DNA of 64,000 bases from the human T2T-CHM13v2.0 reference genome, Homo sapiens, in NCBI RefSeq assembly GCF_009914755.1, contig NC_060942.1. One strand, given 5' to 3'. Below the pieces are notes generated by a model. It did not search any database and was not told the DNA's origin. It worked only from the letters and a program-made list of their open reading frames with translations. Each line of letters starts with the position of its first letter. The stretch's first letter is position 1. The position numbers and the translations under genes were made by a program. Shown here piece by piece: positions 15,440 through 27,479 of this stretch.

Positions 15440-16590
15440 TTCTATCCATAGAATGTGACAGTTATTTCCTCCTTCTTGAAATATACTTCTTGGCTTTTAT
15501 CAAAGCAGTTCTCCTTTGGTTCTTCTTCAAGCTCTGCTGGCTTTTCTCATCTTCTCACACTATGCAGTTTTAAGTGCCTGACACTCAGTCCTCAGGTCTT
15601 TACTTACTGTGAATTCATTCCTTAGGGAATCTAATGAATCCATGGTTGCAAAGACCATCTGTATCCACTGATGCAAATTTGTATGTGCAGCCCCAAAAAA
15701 TCCTTAAACTTCAGGCACTATATCATTAAACAGTATCAACATTTCCACTTGAATGTCCAGTAGGCCTCTGGACCTCAATATGCTTAAATATTCACTCCTG
15801 ATCTTAGCCACCATCATACTTTCTGCATACCCTTCTGTGACCCACCCCCACCCCTCACCTCCATGTCCCCAGGACTTCCTCTTCTGCAGAAAAGACACTT
15901 ATCTTTCTCTAGTTGCCTAAGATAAAAAGATATTGCCTTCATCACTGACTCCTCTACTTCTCCCAGAACTCAATTCATTTGCAAATTTTATTGGCGCTAC
16001 CTTGAAAGTACACTGAAAAGGTAATCATTCCACTTCATCTACTCTTGTTCTCATTGACCTTTCACAATATGAGGTTGATCATAACATGCCTCTGGTCAGA
16101 AACACTGGATGGTCGTCTGTTTCACCGAACATCAAAGCCAATGTCTTTACAAGGTCCTATATAAATTATCCCCTTTACATCCTCTCAAATTTCATTTCCC
16201 ACAACTTTCTTTCACTCTATTCTGGTGATGCCAGTAGGTCTGGCCCTCTCCAATGCCAGAGCCATTTTACTTTTTGTTTTCTCTGTCAGAAAGTGGTATC
16301 ACCACATATGCAATGCACTCACTCCCTTTACTTCTTTCAGATTTTAACTTCAATGTAATTTGTTCAGAGAAGTCTCCCTAGTCACTGTATATAGTAATTC
16401 CCCCTCTCATTCTCTCCATATACCTACTCTTTTTCCCCATAGCCTTTCTCATGATCAGATATATTTATATTCATATTTGGCTTACTGACTATCCTACCAC
16501 TGAATTATAAACTATAAAAGTTGGGCCTTTATTCCAAGCTGCTTTTTCACATCTACAAAAATGTCTGGTATACAATAGACAGTTTTTTCA
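15440..16590 (+). mobile_element. L2a fragment (~1.1 kb of the 3' portion)
   Basis: L2 motifs tcctccttcttgaaa, atttccacttgaatgtccagtaggc, atcactgactcctct and a degenerate 3' terminus. Confidence 0.8.
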
Positions 16591-16599
16591 TATATCTAA

Positions 16600-16930
16600 A
16601 CCAGAGAGAGATACTGCGAACCTAATGAAGTTTAACCGTCAGTCCTCTTATTTGACATGGGCCCCTATAAGTACTGAGAAGTGTTGGGAGGTGTTTAGTG
16701 TTGTAGGTGTTCAGTGTAGGTGAGAGGAAAGCCAGTTTAGAATTATGAAGTATGCGAGCATATATGGAAATTTGCCTGAAGGAATGTCAGATGAAATCTG
16801 CATGAATGACTTCAGTAAATTGTCAAGATTTCTTTCCTCATCCTAAATAAATATTCTTTCTCATCTCAAATTTTTGGTTACACAATGTCGTATTCTGTTT
16901 TCTTAAGGAGATCCCCTCAAATTCTATAAC
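16600..16930. mobile_element. Old hAT-Tip100-like DNA element (MER69/MamRep-like, tentative)
   Basis: ctaatgaagttt...gggcccc and cttaaggagatcccctcaaattctataa recall the termini of this group. Confidence 0.4.
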
Positions 16931-17367
16931 AACCCCATAAGATGAGCATATGCCAACATAGATCACCGAGCTTTTCAGGGAAGAGACAGCAGACAAGTTT
17001 GTTGGCAATCAAGTATCTTCTTCAAAAGAAGATATCCAGACCCTGTGTGACTACTCTTGGATCACAAATGATTCATCCTGACAGCATTACCAAGTCTAAG
17101 GTTGCTTTAATGAGCCAGTGATTTCTGATCTTTAATACCAACATTAAAGAATAAATTAGCATGAATAGTACACAAATATAAGTATTGCATGTATCTTTAG
17201 CTGCAACAATGCACAATTACATATGCAGAACTCACTTCTAAAAAGGAGTTAATACACATTTTTTATTTTCATATTTTTCCCAAAAGATAACAAAAATTTA
17301 ATATATATGATAAATATTAAAGGGGTATTTAGGTCCATAAGAAAAATTTATCTAAAAATATTTTTTA

Positions 17368-17676
<309 letters not shown>

Positions 17677-17679
17677 TTA

Positions 17680-18400
17680 CGGATTTCTCCAAATTGTCTC
17701 CATTTTTTTATGTGTATACTTCAAACAGTTCTAATTTTTGTTTTGTTTTCTAAATCATCAATTCTGGTTTGTTTTTTCTTTTGCTTTTCTTAGGTCTTCC
17801 TTGTGACTATGGTTAATTATGCCTAATGAGAATATTTAGTTGATTTTAATTGTTTTATTAGTATTAAGGAAATTACACAAGTTTAGAAATTTTATCTCTT
17901 GGTCGGGTGCCGTAGCTCACACCTATAATCCCAGTACTTTGGGAGGCCAGGGCAGAAGAATCACTTGAGGCCAAGAGTTTGAGACCAGTCTGGTTTACAT
18001 GGTGAAAACCCATCTTTACTAAAAATACAAAAATTAGCCACCTGTGGTAGCACACACCTGTAGTTCCAGCTACTCAGGTGGCTGAGACACAAGAATTGCT
18101 TGAACCTGGAAGGTGGATCTTGCCTCAGTGCAACTTCCACCTCCCAGGTGAGGCTGAGGCTGAGGATGAGGATGAGGGTGAGGGTGTGAGAGAGAGAGAG
18201 AGAGAGAGAGAAACGTTTTAATGAGACTAGGATTTCCCTTATATTTGTTTTATGTGATAGCTGCTAGTTTATTATTTAGTGGTCAGAAATTATATCCTAT
18301 AAAATATCTGCTTTTTAAAATGTATAACATTTTTGTCATGAGTGGATTTTTATAAATGTCTATGGGTACTTGAAAAGTAGTTGTTCTCAGCCTAGAGCAG
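17680..18400 (-). mobile_element. Old L1M ORF2 fragment, interrupted by an Alu
   Basis: gtggtcagaaattatatcctataaaatatc...tttttataaatgtctatgggtacttgaaaag resembles the antisense L1M endonuclease region. Confidence 0.55.
17901..18211 (+). mobile_element. Alu (S/J) lacking its normal 3' end; ends in an inverted Alu piece plus hexamer and (GA)n repeats
   Basis: Normal Alu to 18123, antisense Alu piece 18124-18149, (TGAGGC/TGAGGA/TGAGGG)n 18149-18186, (GA)n 18188-18211. Confidence 0.85.
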
Positions 18401-18925
18401 TATTTTTTAATTTATATAATACACTAAGGTATATCTTGAAATATTTGTATCTTAGTTCAGAAAACTTAGGGCTGTTTATCCAAAAAAGGATATACATTTT
18501 TACTGGAAAGCTAGCACCAGTTATGTGACTACCAAGACAGTTGAGCTATTTGAGCACATTAAGAATAAAATGGAGTTCTTTTTTTCAAGAAACAGAAGCA
18601 TTAAAAGTTTGTAGTACAGGTTGAGTATCCCTTAACCAAAATGCTTCGGGCCAGAAGTATTTTGGATTTTGACTTTTTTTTTTTTTTTTTTTCAGATTTT
18701 GGATTATTTTCATGTACATAATGAGATATCTTGGGCGTGGGACCCAAGTCTAAACATAAAATTCATTAGTTTCATATACATCCTATACATATAGCCTGCA
18801 GGTAATGTTATATAATACTTTTAATAATATTGTGCATAAAACTGATCAGAAGGCGAAGGTGTCAATATCTTCACCACCAAGTTCAGTCTGTGGTTATTTA
18901 GCATCATTATCATTCCTGACTATAA

Positions 18926-19873
18926 TTTTTGTTGTTGTTGTTGTTGGATACAGGGTCTCATTCTGTTGCCCAGGCTGGAGAGCCGGAGTACAGTGGCATG
19001 ATCTTGGCCCACTGCAACCTTGACATCCCAGTGATACAGCTCTGATGAGTGGAGGAACACCAGGGCTCTTGTCTCACATCAAATTAGATCAGACTACACA
19101 GACACATGTGGAGTGGTTTTAAGGAGCGAACCGTTTAATAGTCAAGAAGAGGCAAGAAGGAAGGGAGAAGGAAGAAGCTCCTTTGTACAGAGACAGAGGG
19201 AGAGGGGCTCCAAAGCCAAAAGAGGAGGTCCCCACCTGCCTGGATACCAGCCATGTGCATATACAGAGGCTGGAGGAAGTGGTGTCTGATTTGCACAGGG
19301 CTTAGGGGATTGGTTTGACTAGGCGTGTCATTTAGGAAGCCTGCGAAAAAGCTGGCCCTCCCACTCTAGCCTTTTAATATGCAAATGAAGGGTGCCATGA
19401 TGTTCTACACACGTGGGGATATGTGGGGGCGGCCATATTGCCAGGAACACACTGGGAAAGGGCAAGAAGGCCCCTCTGGGAATCACCACGTTTGGGTGGA
19501 CCCAGTGTCTAATGGCTGGCATTTGCAGATCAAAGGTTGCCAGCCAGGGCTTTACAGGAAACTTTTCTGGAAATGCTTTAAAAAAATGAAAACTTCCCAA
19601 GGATCCTTTGCCTCTGTATCTGCCTAAAATAATTTCTTAGTATCTCCTACAACACCACACTCAGGAGATCTTTCCAATTAGTTCAAGTGATCCTCCCAAT
19701 TAGCTGGAATCACAGGTGTGTGCCACCATACCCAGGTAATTTTTGTATTTTTTTATAGAGACAGGGTTTTGCCACGTTGTCCATGCTGGTCTCAAACTCC
19801 TTCGCTCAAGCAATCTGCCCACTTTGGCTTCCCAAAATGCTGTGATTACCGACATGAGCCACCGTGCCTGGCC
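18926..19873 (-). mobile_element. AluJ split by an LTR (pieces 18926-19031 and 19655-19873)
   Basis: AluJ features acagggtctc, gctcaagcaatc; TSD cctgactataattt / cctgactctgaattt. Confidence 0.92.
19032..19654 (-). mobile_element. ERV1 solo LTR (LTR9-like, HUERS-P3 group)
   Basis: 623 bp TG...CA; minus strand begins TGTTGTAGGAGATACTAAGAAATTATTTTAGGCAGATA; 4-bp TSD ccag/ccac. Confidence 0.85.
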
Positions 19874-20149
19874 CCTGACTCTGAATTTATATGCTGCCGA
19901 AAAGCAATCATTTTTCTACCCTTATCCATACATAAGTATTCAACGGAAAAAATATGACATAACATTAAACAGTAAAAAAACAACGTGCCCAGGCAAGCCA
20001 AAGCAGCACAGTAGCAAAACCAATTTCTTAAATAACAGCAACAACAAAGAACAGTAGGCTTTCAGTGTCTACCTACAATGCTGTGCTTTGATGAAAATGT
20101 TACTGTATGGTATATTTTATGTTTTTAGATAAGAAGAAATATCAGAAAC

Positions 20150-21870
20150 AGTTGAGGGAACAGAAAGTGGCCCCTCTAAGGATAAGGATGCATTCTGCCT
20201 GATGGTTTCTTTGTTTCCTCCAGAGTCATCTGCCTCATTAACAATGGTTTGTGTCTTAGAAGTCTGGCTTCGATTTTATAAACTGACATGATTTCTTCTT
20301 CTGTTATGAATGCCCGCTGCTCTCATCTTTCAATAAGCCCATTACACATTTTTATCATGTTGTGTATGGGCACTTTTTCTACAGTGTTAAAGTCATTTTC
20401 ACCATCACTATTATCATGATCACTTTGATTCAGTACCATTTTGGCTATTTTACTTTCAGTCAATGAATGAATAACTGCAACCTCATTATCAATGTTAAAA
20501 ACTTCTTCAATATCCACTTCTTTCAGCTTACTAACAGACTTTCAAGGTGTATTTTTTTCCATATGTAGGGAGGTCAGACATCATTTTTTTCTCACTTGAC
20601 ATGGAATCCTTCAAAGTCCCCACCTTGGTCATCATCATCACTGAGCATAGTTGCAAGCCAGAGGTTGGGCCAGGCATGTACAACTGTGTCTTTTAGTCAC
20701 TGTATTCCAAGCATTTGCAACAGCACATATAGCATCCTTCATGCTAAACTTCTTTTGAAAACTTTCCACACTATGCTTCTGTTCATTGCTGCTAGTATGC
20801 TGTTCAAGAAAGTGTTTTTTATATTTACTCCTTATTGATCTATGGATACCTTGGTCACATGGCTGAAATAATAGTCATATTTAGGAGAATGTACATGGCA
20901 TAAATATTATTTCTGATGAGGATTCCAGCTGGCGGATGAGCAGAACAGCTATCAAGGAAGAACAAAATCTTTCAAGTCCTCATCCAGTCCAGCTTCCCTG
21001 CAGTGAGCACCAGCTGCTGATACAAAATGTTTGTGAAACCAATTAGAAAAGGTGTCCCTGGTGGTTCATGCCTTTTTGTTTGCATAGTAATGGACCATTT
21101 AAAAAAATTCACTCTTTGAAAACAGCAAGGATGCAGGCTTTTCCTATCACAGCAAGTTTACACTTATGCATGCCTGCTGCATTAGCACATCCCAGCACAG
21201 TTATTCTGTCCTTGGCATCCTTAATTCCCACAGGGGCTGTCTCATCAGCTGTAGTCAGTGTCTTTCTGGGGCAATATGCCAACACAGTGATACTTCACCA
21301 GCATTATAGACTTGTTCAGGTGTCAGATTTTCATCAGCAATGACCTTTGCACACTTGTCAATGAATTTCTCCACTGCTTTGTAATCAGTAGATGCTTCAT
21401 CACTGAAAATCTCTAAACATTTAATGTCACATCTTTCCTTAAATTTCTGCAACTAGCCTTTTGAACATTCACGCAGTTTTCCTCAGTTTTCAGTTCATTG
21501 TGATAGATCCTTGTTTGTTTCATGATCAGCGTACCATTAAGTGGCATGGATTCATTGCAACACTGACAGATCAGCTCTTTCCATACAAGATTGAAACCTT
21601 CACTTTTGGCTTTGTGCAGTGTTTTTCCATTTTTCATTAAGATCTGCTTATCACTTCTCACATAGCACAGTTTATCCTTCTGTTTCTTCAGGCCATATAT
21701 AGTGGTCATTCCAACCCCATACTCATCTGTAGGATGTTTCACACTGACACCACTGTCCAGTTTCCCCAACTGCTTGACTTTTTGTGCTAAACATAAATGT
21801 TCCCTTTTTCTTATCACTGTAACCCATAGGGTTATGTGATGTAGGCCTATTTCTTCTGACATTTTCAGCA
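20150..21870 (-). pseudogene. Decayed pogo/Tigger (CENP-B/Jerky-like) transposase
   Basis: HTH region KVKQLGKLDSGVSVKH.TDEYGVGMTTIYGLKKQK; QKFKERCDIK...[13 protein letters not shown]; hand-translated KILFFLDSCSAHP (~20950) and QPCDQGI (~20855); several frameshifts. Confidence 0.9.
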
Positions 21871-23238
21871 GTATCTTTATAACACAGAGTAGATAGTAAG
21901 CAAAATAACACAGTGAGTAATGCACATAGGTCTTGGCCCCATGTGGGGCATTGTAGGAAACCTGCCCCTGGCACGTCCAGCATGTACATGTGCCATTTTA
22001 TTACCCTTTCCATGAATGCTTGTGTCGGGGGGACATGGAAATGTGTGAAAAAGATAGTGCAGCTAAAGGGGGCTGAGGGAGTCTTTTTTCCCTTTGGTAC
22101 ACTAAATAAATTGTGTGTTGTGCATGTACATTTTGACTGTGATCCACCACATGAGGTCGGGTGTGAAATTTTCCACTTGAGGCATCATATGGGTGCTCAA
22201 AAGTTTTGGATTTGGGAGCATTTGCGATTTTGAATTTTTGGATTAGGTATGTTCAGCTGTATACTAAATCCATGGAAATAAGGATCACTTCAAAAAAAAG
22301 AGAATAGATGTTATAAAGTTAACTTCTTCTAAACTAAATATAATGTTTTAAATTATAATTTTATAAAATAAATTCTATTAATTAAAACTAAAACTCTTAA
22401 CATATTCGTGCAACTTGAAAAACTATTTTGGTATGTTCCCAGTGTCCAACAAATACATCACAAATATTAAAAGACGATTATTAAAGAGTTTAAGCCAAAG
22501 CTCACAAAATTGTTTTTTAATTTGGTTTTCAGCAAAGACTAAAGCAGAAACAATTTTGTGAGCCAGGCATTTCCAATCAGATTAGAATTAGAAACCTATA
22601 TGTCTCCTATGTACTAAAAATGCTGGCATTTCCCTTAGATATAAATTCTCTTTAATAAATATTATATGCCTATTACATAACAAAAGAAAGGTAGGTAGTT
22701 TGAGAAACAAAAATAAACACCTAAAAATATGACACATTTTCTACCCTTAAGAACCTGAACTCTCTGAGGAGGATAGATAGATCTAAAATAAATTTGAGAA
22801 AAAGACAGATTATAAGTACAAATACATTCTAACACACTTCTTTCTGACTTCTCTGTGAAATCAAAGAAAGATATGAAATTCGGCACTTGACCTGTTGATT
22901 GACAAGCTCTATGTTCACTGAAATTCTCATGTGTGACCTTAATTCAAGTACTTTAATTATAAGTCACTGACTTTTAACTTTTCAAAGAAAGTATCCCCAA
23001 CCTTCCCTCCAACCAAATGTATTCTGGAGATCTCAAAGCAGATAGGAAAAATTGGGGGCTAGGAACACAACCTAGGGAAGATTAAAGCAAAGGGGCCAAT
23101 CAAAGAATTAGATTTACTTAGCTGAACCAGAACCTTACCTGGGTAGAGGGAAAATAGGAGGGAATCATTCTCCCAGTTCTCAACTGGGAATCATTCTCGC
23201 AGTTGAGAACACTTATTAAAAGTGAAGTATATATAATA

Positions 23239-24007
23239 CAACTGACCCTTTAATAATATGGGGGTTAGAAGTTCCTACACCAGCCCAGTCAAAAACCCAC
23301 ATGTCACTTTTGACTCCTCAAAATCTTAACTACTATCCTGTAATCTCAGTAGTTGAGTTTGAGTCAAGTACTTGGCCTTTCGGAGGCCAAGGCAAGAGAA
23401 TCACTTGAGGCCAAGATTTCAACACCAGCCTGGGCAACAAACATAGCAAGACCCCGTCTCAATAAATAATTAAAATTAGCCAGGTGTGTGAGTGCACGCC
23501 TGTAGACCCAGCTACTCAGGAGGCTGAAACAGGAGGATCGATTGAGTCTGGGGGGTTGAGGCTGCAGTGAGCTGTCATCACGCCACCGCAGTCCAGCCTG
23601 GGCAACAAAGCAAGACCCTGTCTTAAAAAATAAATGAATAAGTAAATAAATAAAATAAAATAAAAAAACTTTAACTACTAATAGGCTACTGCTGACAGGA
23701 AGCCTTGCCAATAACATAAACTATCAGTTAACACATATTTTGTACATTATATATACTATATACTGTATGCTTACAATAAAGTTAGAGAAAATAAGAAAAT
23801 CATAAATAAGATATATTTACTATTCATTAAGTGGAAGTGGATCATCATAAAGTTCTTCACATTGAGTAGGCTGAGTAGGCTGAGGAGGAGGAGGAGGAAG
23901 AGAGAGAAGGGGAAGGACTTGCTGTCTCAGGGATGGCAAAGGTAGAAGAAAATCTGTGAATATGTGGACTCATGCAGTACAAACCCATGGTGTTGAAGGT
24001 TCAATTG
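23239..24007. mobile_element. Tigger2a/MER28-like non-autonomous element, interrupted by an Alu
   Basis: TIRs caactgacccttt / ttgaaggttcaattg; internal cacttttgactcc and aagtggaagtggatcatcataaag. Confidence 0.85.
23336..23664 (+). mobile_element. AluJ, slightly 5'-truncated, with a ~25-bp insertion in the left arm
   Basis: ggaggatcgattgag, gagctgtcatc, agcaagaccctgtct; TSD aaaatcttaactacta (23320) / aaaactttaactacta (23665). Confidence 0.92.
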
Positions 24008-24243
24008 CGATTCAAAAATTTGGTATAATACTGAACTGCAACTGTTAAGACTATGATGTGAATGTACTAAGTTGAGACACAGAGAAGGCAGATAGAGGGT
24101 GATGATATTTTTATATGCTGTATCCAACTTGCTTCTCCTGATGTTACAAATTGTTTAGGCTTCTGAGTTAGCCCAGAAAAGAAAAAGTATCTGTTTATTT
24201 TCCCTGGTGCAGTGACAGGCAGGATGAAAGAAATCATCTCTTG

Positions 24244-24257
24244 CCACCAGATGGTGC
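24244..24257 (+). promoter_or_regulatory. Candidate CTCF motif (one mismatch)
   Basis: TGCCACCAGATGGTGCC versus CCACCAGATGGCGC; the C>T change is at a CpG position. Confidence 0.3.
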
Positions 24258-24505
24258 CCTGCTTCCCCTGGGGAATGTAATGAAGGGCCGTCAGTAGCTG
24301 CTGAATGCAGAATCTGAGTGCCTTCAAGTGGGAACTTCTGAGTTATTTTGTCATGGGTGTTTACTAGGAACTGAGTACAAGGCTGCCATAGTCTATTCCA
24401 AAACGTTCCCTCTCTCTCATTTCCTTTCTGACAACTCTTCTTCCCTCTCTTCTACCATTCATCCAGACCCTTAGCCTCCTTAATTTACCAAGAGAAATCA
24501 GAAGA

Positions 24506-24825
24506 GAAGCTAGAAGCCATCATTCTCAGCAAACTAACACAGGAACAGAAAACCAAACACCTCACGTTCTCACTCATAAGTGGGAGTTGAACAATGAGAA
24601 CATATGGGCACAGGGAGGGGAACATCACACACCAGGGCCTGTTGGGAGATGGGAGGAAGGGGAGGTAGAGCATTAGAACAAATACCTAAAGCATGCAGGG
24701 CTTAAAACCTAGATGATGGGTTGATAGGTGCAGCAAAACACCATGGGACATGTATACCTGTGTAACAAACCTGCAAGTTCTGCACATGTATCCCAGAACT
24801 TAAAGCAAAATAAAATATAAAAATA
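24506..24825 (+). mobile_element. L1PA7/8-like 3' end fragment
   Basis: cattctcagcaaactaacacaggaacagaaaaccaaacac...ggcttaaaacctagatgatggg...cccagaacttaaag plus tail. Confidence 0.93.
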
Positions 24826-24950
24826 TATACACACATATACACACACATATATGTATATGTATGTCCAACACATTTACTTGTTCCTATCAAAGAAAGATAT
24901 GAAATTAAATAGCTGACCAATTTAGATGTTATAAATAAATTTACGTTTTT

Positions 24951-24951
24951 C

Positions 24952-25018
<67 letters not shown>

Positions 25019-25020
25019 TA
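24951..25020. repeat. (TA)n(CA)n microsatellite
   Basis: More than 20 uninterrupted TA units. Confidence 0.97.
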
Positions 25021-25371
25021 TTCTGGGTTTCTCTTGGCAAATTATGTATGTGTATATCTCTATTAAATATTTCTCAAACTTAGTGTCATTTGTTCAGAAT
25101 TAACAAGTTTTCAATTTATAACTTACTTTCTCAAATGTCTTATACTGTATGTCCAATTTACTCTGCATCATTTCTTCCTCTAATAAGGAAACAAGGGTGC
25201 CAGTGGGAGTCTAACTGAGCCTCCAGCACCTTGAAAACATAAATGCTCATAATGATCATTTCTCATCATGTTTCTTGACCCTCTGTTCCACAGACACTAC
25301 ATTTACTAGTATCATCAAATGTTGACTCACTCTAGAAATCATAAAATTTTTGTTCTTAGAAATGCTTGGAT

Positions 25372-25916
25372 TTCTTTTTCAGCTTTATTGAGGCATAACT
25401 GACAAACATTGTGTATATTTAAGGTGTACAATGTGTTTATGTATACACACAATGTGAAATGATTACCACAAGCCAGTTCATTAACACATCCATCACCTCA
25501 CATAGTTACCCTCTTTAATTTTTGTTTTGTTTTGTTTGAGACAGGGTCTCACTCTGTCGCCCATGCTGGAATGCAGTGGTGCCATCTCAGCTTACTGCTG
25601 CCTTGACCTCCTGGTCTCAAGGAATCCTTCCACCTCAGCCTCCTAAGTAGTTGGACTTTTCTTTTGTGGTAAGAGTACTCAAGATCTACTCTCTTAGCAA
25701 ATTTCAAGTTAGCAATACACTATTATTAACTATGCTCATCACGCTATACATTAGAGTTCCAGAACTTATTCATTTTATAACTGAAAATTTGTATCCCCTG
25801 ACCAACATTTACTCATCTCCCCCACCTCCCAGCCCCTGGAAATCACCATTCTACTCTCTGCTTCTATGAATTTGACTTTTTAAAATTCCACATATAAGGG
25901 AGATCATACAGTATTT
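25372..25916 (-). mobile_element. L1MA8/9-like 3' end containing an Alu fragment
   Basis: cagctttattgagg...catccatcacctcacatagttacc...ctactctcttagcaaatttcaag...ccacatataagggagatcatacagtatt. Confidence 0.88.
25513..25657 (-). mobile_element. AluJ right monomer / FRAM
   Basis: tttgagacagggtctcactctgtcgccc...cctcagcctcctaagtagttggact. Confidence 0.88.
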
Positions 25917-26074
25917 ATATTTAAAGCCTTGAATTTCTTAAAACTGGTGAGAGACTAGAGACAGACTGTTTAAGATGAAATGCCCCTTAGGGGCCATTTA
26001 TGACCAACCTGCTTATTCAAACAGGAAATCTAAGTTAAATAACTAGTTTTTTAACTTAACAAGCAAATTGTTGA

Positions 26075-26192
26075 AAGAGAAGGAAAAGAAACATGGAAAA
26101 AGCAAAAAGGGAAGTGGGAAGACAGGGACAGAGAGAGGGAGGGAACTGGGAAGGAAGGAAAGGAAGGAAGGATGGAGGGAGGAAGGGAAGAA
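26075..26192. repeat. GA-rich low complexity, (GGAA)n-like
   Basis: gggaaggaaggaaaggaaggaaggatggagggagg. Confidence 0.8.
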
Positions 26193-26368
26193 ACCCAATC
26201 TTGACATCCAGGTTGTCCCAGGTGCAGAGCAGTATTTGTAAGCCTTCGTTTAGAAGGCTAATTTCTAACTCTGAAAGTTACTTGCACATTCTCCAAACAA
26301 GGAGTATGAGTTTAATGCTTCTACCTTTCTAAATTTTTCTATAACTTTCAAAGACCCCATAAGAATAT

Positions 26369-26617
26369 ATTTTTAATTTTTAATTTTTGTGGGTATATAA
26401 TAGGTGTATGTATTTATGGGGTACATGAGATACTTTGATACAGGCATACAATGTGTAATAATCACATCATGGTAAAAACGAGGTATCCATCCCCCTCAAG
26501 CATTTATCCTTTGTGTTACAAATAATCCAGTTATACTCATTTAGTTATTTTTAAATATACAATTAAATTATTATTGACTATAGTTACCCTCTGTGCTATC
26601 AAGTACTAGGTCTTACT
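26369..26617 (-). mobile_element. L1MA1-3-like 3' end
   Basis: tttttgtgggtatataataggtgtatgtatttatggggtacatgagat...ccctcaagcatttatcctttgtgttac. Confidence 0.9.
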
Positions 26618-26933
26618 ATATTTTCTTTAATGAAGAGTTTGCCAGGTGCTTGCTCCTCAGACTTCTGTCTTTCCTTTTTACCAGTATCCTTGGAAATGTC
26701 ACTTATTCATAAATACAACCAATACTTAAATTTTTCTATCTAGCATGCCTTGATGATAGATCATCTTGTCCAAATATGGGCTGATTAAACAGGTATTTAG
26801 TTGGTATAGACCAGGTGCCCATAACTGAAATAAATACTGCGGGTTCCTTCCCTCACAGACTTTTCCATCTAGGAAAAGCAAAACCAACATTACATTATGA
26901 TGTAAAACTTAAGATGGATTTTATGGTGCACAT

Positions 26934-27110
26934 GAGTGGGTCTCAAACCTGAGCATCAGTCACGTGGAAGACTTGCTTAAACACAGAGCCTCATCTCCAG
27001 AGGTTCTGTCTCTGTAGGTCTGGACTGGGGCCAGATAATTTGCATTTCCAACAAGTTCCCAGGTGATGCCAATGCTACTTGTCTGCAAACCACACTTTCA
27101 GAACCACTGG
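26934..27110. mobile_element. MER5A
   Basis: gtgggtctcaaac...aatttgcatttccaacaagttcccaggtgatgc...cacactttcagaaccactg. Confidence 0.88.
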
Positions 27111-27479
27111 TCTAAACTAAAGAGATGTAGAATTTTGAACCCTTTGAGGGGATGTGAAATCAATTCCACTTTCATGTGACATAATTTATGCTTCTTTGCA
27201 AGATTAAGTTTGAAGAAAATGTCCCATTACTAAATTAAATTTTAAGACCACAATTTAAAAAAAAAAAAAAGACCATTTATTGTCAGCTGTGAAAGCATCT
27301 CAGGTATATTTTTACCATTTCTTATTTTCCAAACTTTCCATCATGTACATGTATTACTTTCATGTGAGAAAAATCTTAAATAAAAATATTCATGTCTTCA
27401 TTGGAATAAGACAAATTTGAACTCGAAGACCAGTTTTGATATTTACCAATCAGTGATCTTGGGCAAATTTCTTTTACTT

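Larger units (their letters stand above)
18617..22259 (-). mobile_element. Near full-length Tigger4/Zombi (TcMar-Tigger) DNA transposon with nested Alu and LTR
   Basis: TA|CAGGTTGAGTATCCCTTAACCAAAAT left TIR, ...ttttggattaggtatgttcagCTG|TA right TIR; ~2.7 kb once inserts are removed; transposase remnants inside. Confidence 0.9.

Noticed and set aside
18149-18211. Bona fide SVA element
   Set aside because: No VNTR, SINE-R or poly(A) tail; only the hexamer/Alu juxtaposition is similar (kept as a finding).
21413-21925. Possible domesticated TIGD/JRK-like gene
   Set aside because: Lies between intact TIRs, is frameshifted relative to the catalytic domain and has lost the first catalytic Asp; best read as a transposon fossil.
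24702-25040. 112-aa ORF with IYIYIY repeat
   Set aside because: Translation of a (TA)n microsatellite plus antisense L1 3' UTR.
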